A DNA stretch of 64,000 nucleotides from a virus. The DNA is taken from positions 45,877 to 109,876 of IMG/VR virus record IMGVR_UViG_3300036800_000175, one strand, 5' to 3'. The first letter of the stretch is position 1. The number at the start of each line of letters is the position of its first letter. Shown in pieces: positions 17,685 through 26,646 of the stretch. The notes under the pieces are model-generated. The model had not been told where the DNA came from. It worked only from the letters and a program-made list of their open reading frames with translations, and did not search any database. A program made the position numbers and the translations under genes.

Positions 17685-18302
17685 ATGGTCAGGCTTCGTT
17701 ACGCGGACATGCCCGGCGGGATCCGCGCCCGCATCAACCGCGGTCACCACCCGGGCCGGGTCACCATCGTCCTCGCCCCGGACATGACGGGGCCGCGGCG
17801 CCGGGCGATGCTCCGCCGGCTGATCCGCAACTCCCGCATCCCCGGCTACGGCCCGCCGCTCCCCGCCGCGGGCGTGTGGGGTGCGCTCGCCTGGGATGTC
17901 GCTGCGGCGAACGTGCGTAACGCCGTGGCTGCGATGCGGCTGCACCCGGCACAGTCGCTGCTGTGCGGCGCGTTCGTCGCCGGGGTGGTGACCTGCTACA
18001 TGATGTTCGCGGCGGTCAGCGTCCAGATCCGCCCTGCTGCACCCGGGCCGGGCGGCCCGCCGCTGATCCCCGTCGCCCGGCATCACCACCGCCGCCGGCC
18101 GGGCCGGCCGGCGGTGTATGTGCCGCCACCGGAACGGGTTGCCATGGCCACGAGCCCGGCAGCCACGGAGGGCCGGCAGGTGCCGTCGCCGCTGACCGCG
18201 ACCGCGGCACCGCAGCCGTCCCCGCCGGTGCCCGCATCGCCGTCGCCCAGCAGCGGGGCGTGCCTGCGACTGGGCCCGGTCGGGGTGTGCGTCGGCGGTT
18301 AG
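17685..18302 (+). CDS. membrane-anchored hypothetical protein with Pro-rich tail
   Basis: One TM segment; isolated opposite-strand gene. Confidence 0.55.
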   Translation: MVRLRYADMPGGIRARINRGHHPGRVTIVLAPDMTGPRRRAMLRRLIRNSRIPGYGPPLPAAGVWGALAWDVAAANVRNAVAAMRLHPAQSLLCGAFVAGVVTCYMMFAAVSVQIRPAAPGPGGPPLIPVARHHHRRRPGRPAVYVPPPERVAMATSPAATEGRQVPSPLTATAAPQPSPPVPASPSPSSGACLRLGPVGVCVGG

Positions 18303-18844
18303 CCTTCGAGCGGGACCGGGCGGACCGGGATCCCTGCCCGGCGGGCCCGGTCAGCGCAGTACGTGGTGCCGTGTGATTCGTGCGGCCTGGGCTCGCCGCA
18401 GCGCCGGTCGGCGCACGGGCCGGTGAACGCGAGACACAGCACCGCGCCGGCTTTGACCATCGCCGCGCTGCGGATGAACCCGCCCTGCCGCGGGTAGCTG
18501 TGCCAGTCCGCCGGGTGCCGCTCCGGCTCAGGCCAGTCCAACTCAAAGGCGGCGACGTCCGCGAGCCAGTCCCCGCCAAGCAGCCGCTTCTGCTGCTCGA
18601 GCGGGAGTTTCTCGGCGTCGTACCATTCGATCACCTTGCGGGGGTCGTCCGGGTCGCGCGGGTCGCACTGGCCATGCACCACCTGGACGGGCCGGCCGTA
18701 CTGGGCGGCGACGGCGGCGAGCTCGCCGCGGACCACCTCATAGGGGCCGAAGTAGCGGGACGCGGTCACCAGCACCCGCACCGGCCCGGCCGGGAGGCCC
18801 GGCTCAAACAGCATCCCGCTGCCGGGCATCCGCACCGGCCTCAC
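18299..18844 (-). CDS. SLOG-family (DUF2493/YspA-like) protein
   Basis: RVLVTASR, VVHGQC, GGD.LA, HPADW, LCLAF, SHGT..C...AR.AGIP. Confidence 0.8.
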   Translation of the reverse strand: MRPVRMPGSGMLFEPGLPAGPVRVLVTASRYFGPYEVVRGELAAVAAQYGRPVQVVHGQCDPRDPDDPRKVIEWYDAEKLPLEQQKRLLGGDWLADVAAFELDWPEPERHPADWHSYPRQGGFIRSAAMVKAGAVLCLAFTGPCADRRCGEPRPHESHGTTYCADRARRAGIPVRPVPLEG

Positions 18845-20547
18845 CGGGCAGCCGCCAGGAAGAACACGTCCGCAGCGCTGACCTCATCGCCGGTGACGTC
18901 GGCCAGGCCGTTGCTGCGGAGGGTGGACAGGTACGACCCGAAGGTGCCGCCGGTGCGCTCAAGCCCGGCCGCTTCCGCGAGCTGGTCACGCGTCAGCGCG
19001 GCCGGGTGGGCGGCCAGCAGCGCGTCCAGCATCAGGCGCGCTCCCGCTTTCAGCGGACCGCGCCACCTCTCGCGGACCTCATCTGCGGTCATCGGCGCCC
19101 CGGGTACGCCGGGTTCCGCGCCGGCGACGGCCAGGCCCTCATGGGTGATGGACACCACCCCCGCGGTTTCGCTGATCAGCCCTCCGGTGCGCAGCGCCGA
19201 GAAGTACGACCCGAAGGTCCCGCCGGTGCGTTTCATCCCGGCCAGCGCCGCCAGCTGCGCCCGGGACACGGTCAGCGGGTACTGGCGGGCGAGCACGCCC
19301 AGCATCCGCCGCGCGCCCGCTTTCAGGCCCGGCGGCCCGTCCGCCGCTGCCGACCGGGTGTACCTGCTGTCGCTCCGCAGCGCGCCGGCCGTGGCCACCG
19401 CCGGCGCGGCCTGGACGGCGGCGGGCCGGGCCGCGCGGGACAACGCCAATTCCAGGCCCGCAGCCGCGTCCCGCAACCCGGTGATGATCTGCTCAACCGC
19501 GGCGATCTCGCCGTGCTGCACGACGGGCACCTCAACCTCACGGGCCGGCTGGGCCCGGACCGCGTTCAGTTCGGCGGACAGCCGGGCGATCTCACGGCGC
19601 AACTCCGGGTCGCCCGCCGCTGGTGACGACGGGGCGGGCGTCTCAGCGTCGGCCTGCGTGAGCAGCCCGGCCATCCGGGCCAGGTCGGCCGGGTCGACGC
19701 GGGCGAACTCGCGGGGCATGATCCGCCGCTCCCCCACCTTCGGCGTCGCGGACGAGTCGAACGTCCGCCGCTTGCGCACCTGGATCCGGGTGAGGATCTC
19801 AAGCCACCCCGGCGACCACACCCACGCCGCGCCGACCGGCAGTTTCGGCAGGCTCGCTTTCAGCTCACGGGCCTGGTCAGGGTCGGCGTGCGCGCTGATC
19901 CAGTCGTCTATCGCCGCGATATCCAGCTTCCCGGTCAGCCGCATCGCGAACAGCACCTCACACTGTGACCGGATGTCCGCGTTCAGCACTGCGGGCCGCT
20001 GCGTGATGCTGGTGCAGCCCAGTCCCTTGACCCGGCCGCGGCGGACCACGTCGTTGTAGGCACCGACCAGGCGGGCGATCTCCCCCCGGGTGTGCTGCGG
20101 CGCGAACATGTCGGCCTCGTCCACGAACAGGTGCAGCGGGTCGCGGTTGTGATCGAACAGCCACTCAAACAGGTCCATGACGAACCGGCGTTGCTGCGTC
20201 TTCGACATGGCTGACAGATCGAGGATGACGGGGATCCGCTCAGCGATGATCAGCTGGGCGACCAGCGCGCCGGACTCCGGGGTCAGGGGCAGGTCGGCGT
20301 GGTCGCCGCCCAGGATCGTGACCGGGAGGCCGGGGCCGGTCCCGTCGGCGCTTGATCGCAGGCCCCACCACACGCCCAGCGGGTCGATGATGCATACCGG
20401 CAGGCCGGCTGTGATCATCTCTTCGGCCATGACCGACGCGGCATAGGTTTTGCCGACCCCGCGCTTCGCAAAGAACAGGAAGGTCTCTGTCACCGCGTCC
20501 AGGGGGAACGCCAGCGAATCGGAGATCCGGAGTTCGGGCGTGCTCAT
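18841..20547 (-). CDS. HerA/DUF87-like P-loop ATPase with duplicated C-terminal wHTH
   Basis: AKRGVGKT Walker A, IIDPLGVWWGL, LFVDEAD Walker B, TQRPA; two LKAGAR...GGTFGSY.S.LR repeats. Confidence 0.8.
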   Translation of the reverse strand: MSTPELRISDSLAFPLDAVTETFLFFAKRGVGKTYAASVMAEEMITAGLPVCIIDPLGVWWGLRSSADGTGPGLPVTILGGDHADLPLTPESGALVAQLIIAERIPVILDLSAMSKTQQRRFVMDLFEWLFDHNRDPLHLFVDEADMFAPQHTRGEIARLVGAYNDVVRRGRVKGLGCTSITQRPAVLNADIRSQCEVLFAMRLTGKLDIAAIDDWISAHADPDQARELKASLPKLPVGAAWVWSPGWLEILTRIQVRKRRTFDSSATPKVGERRIMPREFARVDPADLARMAGLLTQADAETPAPSSPAAGDPELRREIARLSAELNAVRAQPAREVEVPVVQHGEIAAVEQIITGLRDAAAGLELALSRAARPAAVQAAPAVATAGALRSDSRYTRSAAADGPPGLKAGARRMLGVLARQYPLTVSRAQLAALAGMKRTGGTFGSYFSALRTGGLISETAGVVSITHEGLAVAGAEPGVPGAPMTADEVRERWRGPLKAGARLMLDALLAAHPAALTRDQLAEAAGLERTGGTFGSYLSTLRSNGLADVTGDEVSAADVFFLAAAR

Positions 20548-20846
20548 GATGGATGGTCGCTCTCTGGTGTCGCCGTTACGTCGCCCAGGTCTGGCAGCGG
20601 CTCGCCTCTCGATATCCTGCGCAGGCACCGCCGCCAACTGGAATGTGACATAGAGCCCTGTTCGGCATCCCTGAGCGCCATGAGGTGCTGGGCCATCTTC
20701 CGCCGCACATCCCGTTCAATGAGGGGCAACGCGACTTCGAGCGCCATCCTGACTTTGGCCTCTTCGGCGGCTGAGATCCATGCCCCCGAAGCCTCCAATG
20801 CCCTGAGGGATGCGCGTAGGACCCCGCGCGGGAGTTTGTCAGCCAC
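20544..20846 (-). CDS. hypothetical protein
   Basis: Coupled in operon. Confidence 0.5.
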   Translation of the reverse strand: MADKLPRGVLRASLRALEASGAWISAAEEAKVRMALEVALPLIERDVRRKMAQHLMALRDAEQGSMSHSSWRRCLRRISRGEPLPDLGDVTATPESDHPS

Positions 20847-21369
20847 GGGTCACCTCCCCGCTTACCCACTCGATCACGTAGGCCAGCAGGCATTCGTGCC
20901 CGGCGTCGTCTTCGCAGCGGGGGCAGGACAGGATGCCTGTGCACTGCTGGATCTCAGCGCAGCACCCAGCGCACGCCGCCGCCCGGTTGACGTGTTCGTG
21001 GGCGCAGGCGAACGTGATGACCGCGACCGACCGCTCCCCGCAGGCAGTTATGGCCGTGTTGGGCCAGTTGTCGCGGGGGTCGGTGGCGCTCATCATGCAG
21101 GGCGTCAGCCGGGGCCCGGTCACGCGTTCCTTGCGGCCGTCGGGGTGGACGATGTACACCCGGTCCTGGATGCCTAGCGGACCCTGGCCGCCGGCGTTGG
21201 GCTGGGTCCGGTCAAGTTCCTCGAGGCGGCGGAGCGCGTCGGTGTGGGCCGCCTCATAGCTGTCGTAGGCCCGCTGGTAGTCGTAGTCGGTTGCGCCGGG
21301 ATACTTCCCGAGCGGGTATTCCTCAGCGGAGAACGTGTCGTAGCCTTCCAGCCGCCAGACCTCACCCAT
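20839..21369 (-). CDS. hypothetical protein, Cys-rich C-terminus
   Basis: YDTFS.E.YP...QDRVYIVHPDG. Confidence 0.6.
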   Translation of the reverse strand: MGEVWRLEGYDTFSAEEYPLGKYPGATDYDYQRAYDSYEAAHTDALRRLEELDRTQPNAGGQGPLGIQDRVYIVHPDGRKERVTGPRLTPCMMSATDPRDNWPNTAITACGERSVAVITFACAHEHVNRAAACAGCCAEIQQCTGILSCPRCEDDAGHECLLAYVIEWVSGEVTRG

Positions 21370-21598
21370 CGGTTACCTCCCCATTGGCTGCTGCTGGCGG
21401 CGTGCGGTGGATCGTGTAGCCGAGCCGTTCACCCTGATCCAGGCAGGCAGCGCATGCGCCCTTCGGATGCAGATCCCACGACTCCACATAGCCCACGGCC
21501 GGGAGGGACGGGTGAAGGTTGCACGGCCCGCTGGCGGCTTCCCGGCGCATCCCGGTGAGCGCCCCGGTGATCCGGTGCAGATTCCGCACGCCGCTCAC
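21362..21598 (-). CDS. hypothetical protein
   Basis: GTGA coupling; CAAC. Confidence 0.45.
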   Translation of the reverse strand: MSGVRNLHRITGALTGMRREAASGPCNLHPSLPAVGYVESWDLHPKGACAACLDQGERLGYTIHRTPPAAANGEVTDG

Positions 21599-21987
21599 CG
21601 ATCCCCCTCGGCCGTTTTTTGCGGGTCGCGGATCAGGGCGATCACCTGCGGGCGCAGGTCGTTGCGGTCCCGCCGGGTGATCCCTAGCGCATCTGGCCAC
21701 GCCGGGTTGCTGAATATGTTGCCGCCCGCCCCAGGCATGACCCTGGTGGTCAGGTACACGCCCGGAACGGCCCGCAGCGCGGTCTCAAGGACGGCAAGCG
21801 CGTCCAGCGCGGCGGTGGTGTAGAACGCATGCACTTCATAGTGGTCGGCGTCATACGCCGGGCAGCGGCGTTCACGGCGGTCGCGGGGGGTGACGCGGAC
21901 AGCCGCGCTGTGGCCCGGCCAGCGGGGCAACTCGGCCTGCAAGCGGTTCCGCAGCTCAGCGGGCAGGCCCAGCCTGAACGTGGTCAT
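21595..21987 (-). CDS. hypothetical protein
   Basis: MTTFRLG start, ATGA coupling. Confidence 0.55.
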   Translation of the reverse strand: MTTFRLGLPAELRNRLQAELPRWPGHSAAVRVTPRDRRERRCPAYDADHYEVHAFYTTAALDALAVLETALRAVPGVYLTTRVMPGAGGNIFSNPAWPDALGITRRDRNDLRPQVIALIRDPQKTAEGDR

Positions 21988-22436
21988 TGAGTCCCCTGAT
22001 CCCATCCGTTGGCGATGTACAGCAGCGCCCGCCCGTGGCACATGTCCACCTCATCGCCGGCGGGCAGCGGGCACCAGCAGCCCAGATCCTGCCCGGCCAG
22101 CGTCAGCCGGGCCGCCTCAACCAGTTCCGGCTGGTCATCCAGCCACAACAGGTACGCGGTGACGGCGACCAGGGGGGTGACGGGCGGCAGCAGATCATAG
22201 GCGGCGCGCTGTAGGTCGATGCTGACCGGCGGCGTCACATGCGCGAGCGCCCGCTCAACGTAGCCGCGGAGATGGTGGTCGCGGGGAAACATGCGGCGCA
22301 GCCTGAAAGGGTTAGCGAACGGCGACGCCAGCAGTCCCGGGGTATGGCGCCCGACATACACAGCGCCGTCGGGAAGAACCGGGTGGAACAGGTCGCCGGT
22401 GACCGTGACCCGGCGCGGCCGCTGCTGGTCAGACAC
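21984..22436 (-). CDS. DUF4326 family protein
   Basis: AVYVGR...SPFANPF...LAGQDLGCWCP...CHG. Confidence 0.85.
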   Translation of the reverse strand: MSDQQRPRRVTVTGDLFHPVLPDGAVYVGRHTPGLLASPFANPFRLRRMFPRDHHLRGYVERALAHVTPPVSIDLQRAAYDLLPPVTPLVAVTAYLLWLDDQPELVEAARLTLAGQDLGCWCPLPAGDEVDMCHGRALLYIANGWDQGTQ

Positions 22437-22743
22437 CGGGCACCTCCCGACGGGCTTTCTCCCGGTACGCCGCCGCGACCGCCTCAGATACCTCTGGGTC
22501 GGTGAACAGGGCGCGGGAGATGGCCTCGCGGACGTGGTCGGCACACGCCCGGTAGCCGTCCTGGAAGATGGTGGAGCCCGGTCCAATGTCAAGGACGTCC
22601 AGTGCAGCCACAACCGCAGCGAGGAAGCCGGGGAAGAGTTCGGCCGCGATCTGGTGCTCAGTCTCAGCGTCCTGCGGGATCCCGATGAGCGCGCGGACCT
22701 GTTCCAGGTAGTTGGCCACATGGGCTTCCGTTATCTCAGGCAT
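22429..22743 (-). CDS. hypothetical protein
   Basis: GGAGG RBS. Confidence 0.6.
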   Translation of the reverse strand: MPEITEAHVANYLEQVRALIGIPQDAETEHQIAAELFPGFLAAVVAALDVLDIGPGSTIFQDGYRACADHVREAISRALFTDPEVSEAVAAAYREKARREVPGV

Positions 22744-22978
22744 CGGGCACCTCCGGGTCGGTGAACAGGAACCCGTCAGCAGCGTTCGACTCAGCCCGGC
22801 GCTGCATCGCGCCGACCGTGGACAGGCCCTCTACCGGCTCGCCGTACCGCTCAGTCATCGCCTCCGCGAACGCTTCCGCTGAGGCGGCAGGGACACGCCA
22901 CGCCCGGGAGTGCGCTGTCGCGCCGAGCTCACGGCTGCTGGCCGTGATCAGTGAAACCAGCGTCAGGCCGTCAGCCAT
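22736..22978 (-). CDS. hypothetical protein
   Basis: 80 aa. Confidence 0.55.
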   Translation of the reverse strand: MADGLTLVSLITASSRELGATAHSRAWRVPAASAEAFAEAMTERYGEPVEGLSTVGAMQRRAESNAADGFLFTDPEVPDA

Positions 22979-23032
22979 CGGGCTCGCCCTTTTTCGGGTG
23001 CGCCGGACAGTAGTCGAGACGCTCGGTTGCGC

Positions 23033-23614
23033 TCACGGCGCGGTCCGGAGGGTGACTTTGACCGTGCAGCCGTAGCCGCCGGGGTTGGTGCCGGCGAACT
23101 GCGCCCGGTAGCCGCGGGCCCGCAGCCAGGACTCCACAGCGATCGCGTTCCCGCCTGAGTTCAGCCGCAGCAGCACCGCATCCCCGGCCCGGTCAACAGC
23201 GATGAGCGCGTCCGGGGCGTCATATTTGAGCCGGTGCGCGATGGCCCGGCGGGCATGGGCGGCCAGGGCGCGCGTGTTCAGCCGGATCGGGTAGGTCGCG
23301 ACGCGTGTCCCATCGGGACGCCACTCCGGCAGCAGACGGCGGCTCACAGGGCGGCGGTCGGTCCCTAGCCGGGTCACGGCCCTGCGCCAGAGCGCGGTCG
23401 CCGCGTCTTTGGTCACGCCCAGCCGGGCAGCCAACTCCGCCCAGGTGTCCCCAGGATGGTCACGGCGGGCGCACACCACATCCCACGCGGGGGTTTCGGG
23501 TAGCAGCCGGCCGCTGGCCAGCAGCCGCCGGGCCGTCTCCTGATCGCGTTCCGCGGCCCTGGCCTGCCGTCGTACGTTGCTGGCCCGCAGCATCTGTAGA
23601 CGGTCGGTGGTCAC
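23033..23614 (-). CDS. protein with WhiA C-terminal HTH-like domain fused to unknown domain
   Basis: SNVRRQARAA...RRDHPGDTWAELAARLGVTKDAATALWRR resembles actinobacterial WhiA NLRRSARAA...H..ASLEELG...TKDAVAGRIRR. Confidence 0.6.
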   Translation of the reverse strand: MTTDRLQMLRASNVRRQARAAERDQETARRLLASGRLLPETPAWDVVCARRDHPGDTWAELAARLGVTKDAATALWRRAVTRLGTDRRPVSRRLLPEWRPDGTRVATYPIRLNTRALAAHARRAIAHRLKYDAPDALIAVDRAGDAVLLRLNSGGNAIAVESWLRARGYRAQFAGTNPGGYGCTVKVTLRTAP

Positions 23615-24039
23615 CGCTCCGCCTCCGGGGCTACCTCGGCCCACCATGTGCGCGTCCCCGTGTCCGGGTTCGGCTCGACAGCAGCCACTAGGTTGTTTTC
23701 GTCAGCCATGCCGCCCGGTGGCACGGGACCATCACCTGAGTAGACCGACAGTGAGCGCCAGCCCTGCCGGTAGCGGTCCTCAACGACAGCGGCGACGGCG
23801 GCGGGGGTGAGGATCATCCGGCCTTGCACCTGCCCGCCGTGGGAGTTGACGCCCCGCCAGCGGTATGCGGCCTCCCCGGCCGGCGGATGGTTCCTGTTGC
23901 AGCCGACGTCGCCGCAGCCCAGATTCGGATGTGCTCTGACGTGGCCAACTTCGGCGCACCGCTCGCAGTGGCCCGGCAGGCCGACCGACTGGCGTTCTGA
24001 GTTTGAGCCAGCGAACTCATGCGTTGGGTAAGGCACCAT
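23611..24039 (-). CDS. hypothetical protein with duplicated Cys/His N-terminal module
   Basis: N-terminal ~50 aa nearly identical to 24896..25381. Confidence 0.65.
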   Translation of the reverse strand: MVPYPTHEFAGSNSERQSVGLPGHCERCAEVGHVRAHPNLGCGDVGCNRNHPPAGEAAYRWRGVNSHGGQVQGRMILTPAAVAAVVEDRYRQGWRSLSVYSGDGPVPPGGMADENNLVAAVEPNPDTGTRTWWAEVAPEAER

Positions 24040-24042
24040 CTT

Positions 24043-24228
24043 CTAGCCCTTCGGCGGGTAGCCAGGATCGTGGGGGTCGCACCAGGAGATTTGCACCGGC
24101 TGGCCGTCGATGACCATCGACGTGCAGCCGCAGGGGCGGCTGACCATCATCGGTTCCGGGTCAGGTGCGCGGAGCGGGAACGGGAAGTCGGCACCGTCAG
24201 GCATCTGGATCTCGGCCGGTTCGGTCAC
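24043..24228 (-). CDS. hypothetical protein
   Basis: 61 aa, coupled. Confidence 0.5.
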   Translation of the reverse strand: MTEPAEIQMPDGADFPFPLRAPDPEPMMVSRPCGCTSMVIDGQPVQISWCDPHDPGYPPKG

Positions 24229-24554
24229 AGCGGCACCTCCGTGCCGGCCGCGGTCAGGCCGTACTCATCGCGGATGGCCAGATACAGGTCACCGACCCAC
24301 GCGAGATCTGGGTCGGGCCGGTCGGTGAAGTAGGACGCTGACCCGAACCGGCGGCCCACGGTGCCATCTTTCTTGCGCTGTACGCCGGTCACCCAGACGG
24401 AAGCCCGTTCGCCACGGGTCAGCCTTATCTCGATCGTGGTAGGGAAGACGACAGTTTTGCGGCTGTAGCCCTGGATGATGTCGGGCCAGTTGTCACCGTC
24501 GCGCGTGACGGTCAGCGTCCATGTCTCGGTGTTGACCAGTTCGATCTGCGCCAT
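24225..24554 (-). CDS. hypothetical protein
   Basis: 109 aa. Confidence 0.6.
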   Translation of the reverse strand: MAQIELVNTETWTLTVTRDGDNWPDIIQGYSRKTVVFPTTIEIRLTRGERASVWVTGVQRKKDGTVGRRFGSASYFTDRPDPDLAWVGDLYLAIRDEYGLTAAGTEVPL

Positions 24555-24557
24555 CGG

Positions 24558-24899
24558 TCAGTCCTCGACGGCGAGGCGCTCATTGGCCTCAGCTGCGACG
24601 CGCGTGGCATGTGCGATGACGTCCATGAGCGCTGGCACGTACTCCGTGCGGACGCCACCCAGGCCGAGGTTTTCCGGCAGCTCGATGACCGCGAACACCC
24701 CGGGGGCCACCTCGTCAGTCTCGGTGATCTTCACCCACACCTGGGGACGGGTGTCGAACATGGTCAGCCCAGCTGCGGCGTCGCCGCCGTCGAACTGGGC
24801 GAGCACGCGAACCTTGCGGAAACCGTCCAGTTCCCAGCGGATCTTCTCGGCGTCTAGGTCGCGCGACCCGTCGGTGACCCTGATCGTGTAGTTGCTCAT
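24558..24899 (-). CDS. hypothetical protein
   Basis: 113 aa, ATGA coupling. Confidence 0.6.
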   Translation of the reverse strand: MSNYTIRVTDGSRDLDAEKIRWELDGFRKVRVLAQFDGGDAAAGLTMFDTRPQVWVKITETDEVAPGVFAVIELPENLGLGGVRTEYVPALMDVIAHATRVAAEANERLAVED

Positions 24900-25381
24900 G
24901 GGGTTCGGGCCCTCTCATTTTCGGCGGCGGTTTTCATCGCGGCGCTGATCGCGGCGATCACAACCTGTGCCGGGGTGCCAGCGTGGAAGTCGGCAGTCCA
25001 GCGGTTCGACCAGTACGGCACCAGCGACGCCGAGTTCAGGTGGACGCACGGGGCCGGGGCAGCGGGTGCGGGGACCGAATTGCCGCGCGGGTAGACAGCG
25101 ACGGTGATCATCGTGTCCGCGACCTCGCGGAGGTACCAGCGGGCATGAGGCCGGCCGGTGTCCCGTTTCCGGGTGAACCCGCAGGCGGTCAGCATGTCGT
25201 AGATCGGGGCCAGGTCGGTCACTGCCGCCGTTGGATGATCCCGGTCGCAGCCGACGTCGCCGCAGCCCAGATTCTTGTGAGCCCTGACGTGGCCGAACTG
25301 CGCGCACCGCTCACAATGTCCCGGCAGGCCCACCGACTGGCGTTCAGAGTTCGAGCCAGCGAACTTATGTGTCGGATACAT
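24896..25381 (-). CDS. hypothetical protein with duplicated Cys/His N-terminal module
   Basis: First gene of leftward operon; GGAG RBS. Confidence 0.65.
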   Translation of the reverse strand: MYPTHKFAGSNSERQSVGLPGHCERCAQFGHVRAHKNLGCGDVGCDRDHPTAAVTDLAPIYDMLTACGFTRKRDTGRPHARWYLREVADTMITVAVYPRGNSVPAPAAPAPCVHLNSASLVPYWSNRWTADFHAGTPAQVVIAAISAAMKTAAENERARTP

Positions 25382-26042
25382 CTCCGGCGTCTCCCTCCCC
25401 GGGTCGCTTTACCCGGTCAACTTCACCGTACCATAGGATGCGCCTTATCGGGGGCAACCTGGTGCTACCATGATCGGCATGCCGTCCCTGTCGCCCAAGC
25501 AAATCGCTGCGCTCCGCAAGGTGTCCCTGGACACCGTCGAACGTGAGATCCACCGCGGCAACCTGGCCGCCGTGAAAGTCGCCGGCCGGTGGCAGATCGA
25601 ACCGGCCGACGCGGACAAGTGGGTCGCCACGTTCGTCACCTACGCCGCCCTGCGGCAGCCCCGCGGGAAACGCCGCACCTAACAACCACCCGCCCGGCCA
25701 TCGCCCCGCCCAGGCCGTGACAGCCGCGACCGCGGCACCGGGCACCGCGTATTCCTCAGCGACCACGTCCGGGTCCTCCCCCGCCGCGAGCATCCCCGCG
25801 ATCGCGTCGACCACCCGGTGCCGCTGATCCAATCCCCGCCGGCCGCAGATCCCGCACGGGCCGATCCGCGGGAACCACGGGTCTAGCGCGGGGTCGGCGT
25901 GCGCGGCCAGCGCGAGGGCGAGCCGGACCCGGACCTTGTGCGGCCTGCGGGCCCAGTCGGAGATCGTCATGCACCTCTGCCCGGGGATCGCCCCGCAGTG
26001 ATCACAGGACGCGGTCAGCGGATCGACGTCCGCCGGGTTCAC
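25365..26042 (-). CDS. Zn-finger/HTH hypothetical protein; natural end probably near 25680
   Basis: CDHCGAIPGQRC, CGICG, GEDPDVVAEEY; frame runs through the convergent HTH gene. Confidence 0.5.
   Translation of the reverse strand: MNPADVDPLTASCDHCGAIPGQRCMTISDWARRPHKVRVRLALALAAHADPALDPWFPRIGPCGICGRRGLDQRHRVVDAIAGMLAAGEDPDVVAEEYAVPGAAVAAVTAWAGRWPGGWLLGAAFPAGLPQGGVGDERGDPLVRVGRFDLPPAGDFHGGQVAAVDLTFDGVQGHLAERSDLLGRQGRHADHGSTRLPPIRRILWYGEVDRVKRPGEGDAGDVSDT
25470..25682 (+). CDS. excisionase-like (HTH_17) DNA-binding protein
   Basis: LSPKQIA...VSLDTVEREIHRGNLAAVKVAGRWQI. Confidence 0.8.
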   Translation: MIGMPSLSPKQIAALRKVSLDTVEREIHRGNLAAVKVAGRWQIEPADADKWVATFVTYAALRQPRGKRRT

Positions 26043-26407
26043 CAGCCCGCCCCCCCGGGCTGCGGCTGCCACACCCGCCGTGGCCGCTGAGCGTCCCGCA
26101 TGCCGGCGGCGAGTTGGGCGATCCGGGCCCGCGACTTCGCCCCGTACGCGCGGGGTGCCCGTTTCCGCCGCGACCGCCGCGACCGCCACCACAGGTACGC
26201 AGCGACGGCACCGCTGGTCATGTGGATGGCCAGGACCGGCCACTGCTGCGGGGGCAGGAGATCCGCAGCGGCCCCGCCTGCCTCAATCAGTAGCCACAGC
26301 CAGTAGTTCGGCCACACAGGGTGCCTGCGCCTCCGCGCGAGTATCCACGGCAAACCGAGCCCGATGAACGGCCCCCACACCGCCGCGATCACCAGAGACA
26401 CGATCAT
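26039..26407 (-). CDS. membrane protein
   Basis: Three hydrophobic segments, basic tail. Confidence 0.55.
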   Translation of the reverse strand: MIVSLVIAAVWGPFIGLGLPWILARRRRHPVWPNYWLWLLIEAGGAAADLLPPQQWPVLAIHMTSGAVAAYLWWRSRRSRRKRAPRAYGAKSRARIAQLAAGMRDAQRPRRVWQPQPGGAGW

Positions 26408-26646
26408 GATGCCAGCCACCTCGCTGTTAACCCGGCCGCTGGCCGCCAGCGGGTGCACGGCCGCCGGTCCTCCGGGGTGCGCCGCCCTTCCACGGCGGCC
26501 ACCTCCCCCGCGTCCCCCATGCGCCGCAGCGCCTTACGGACCGTGGACGCCGATTCCCGCAACGCGCGGGCGATCTCCGTCGCCGTCAACCCCGGATACG
26601 TCCGCACATGCACGATGATGCGGTCACGCAACGGTTGCGGCGTCAT
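26404..26646 (-). CDS. small wHTH protein
   Basis: PGLTATEIARALRESASTVRKALRRM. Confidence 0.7.
   Translation of the reverse strand: MTPQPLRDRIIVHVRTYPGLTATEIARALRESASTVRKALRRMGDAGEVAAVEGRRTPEDRRPCTRWRPAAGLTARWLAS

Noticed and set aside
18380-20059. Long antisense ORFs (e.g. 18380..20059, 32994..34688, 38646..40046, 52548..54749)
   Set aside because: Typical stop-poor shadows of real genes in high-GC DNA, with no recognisable motifs
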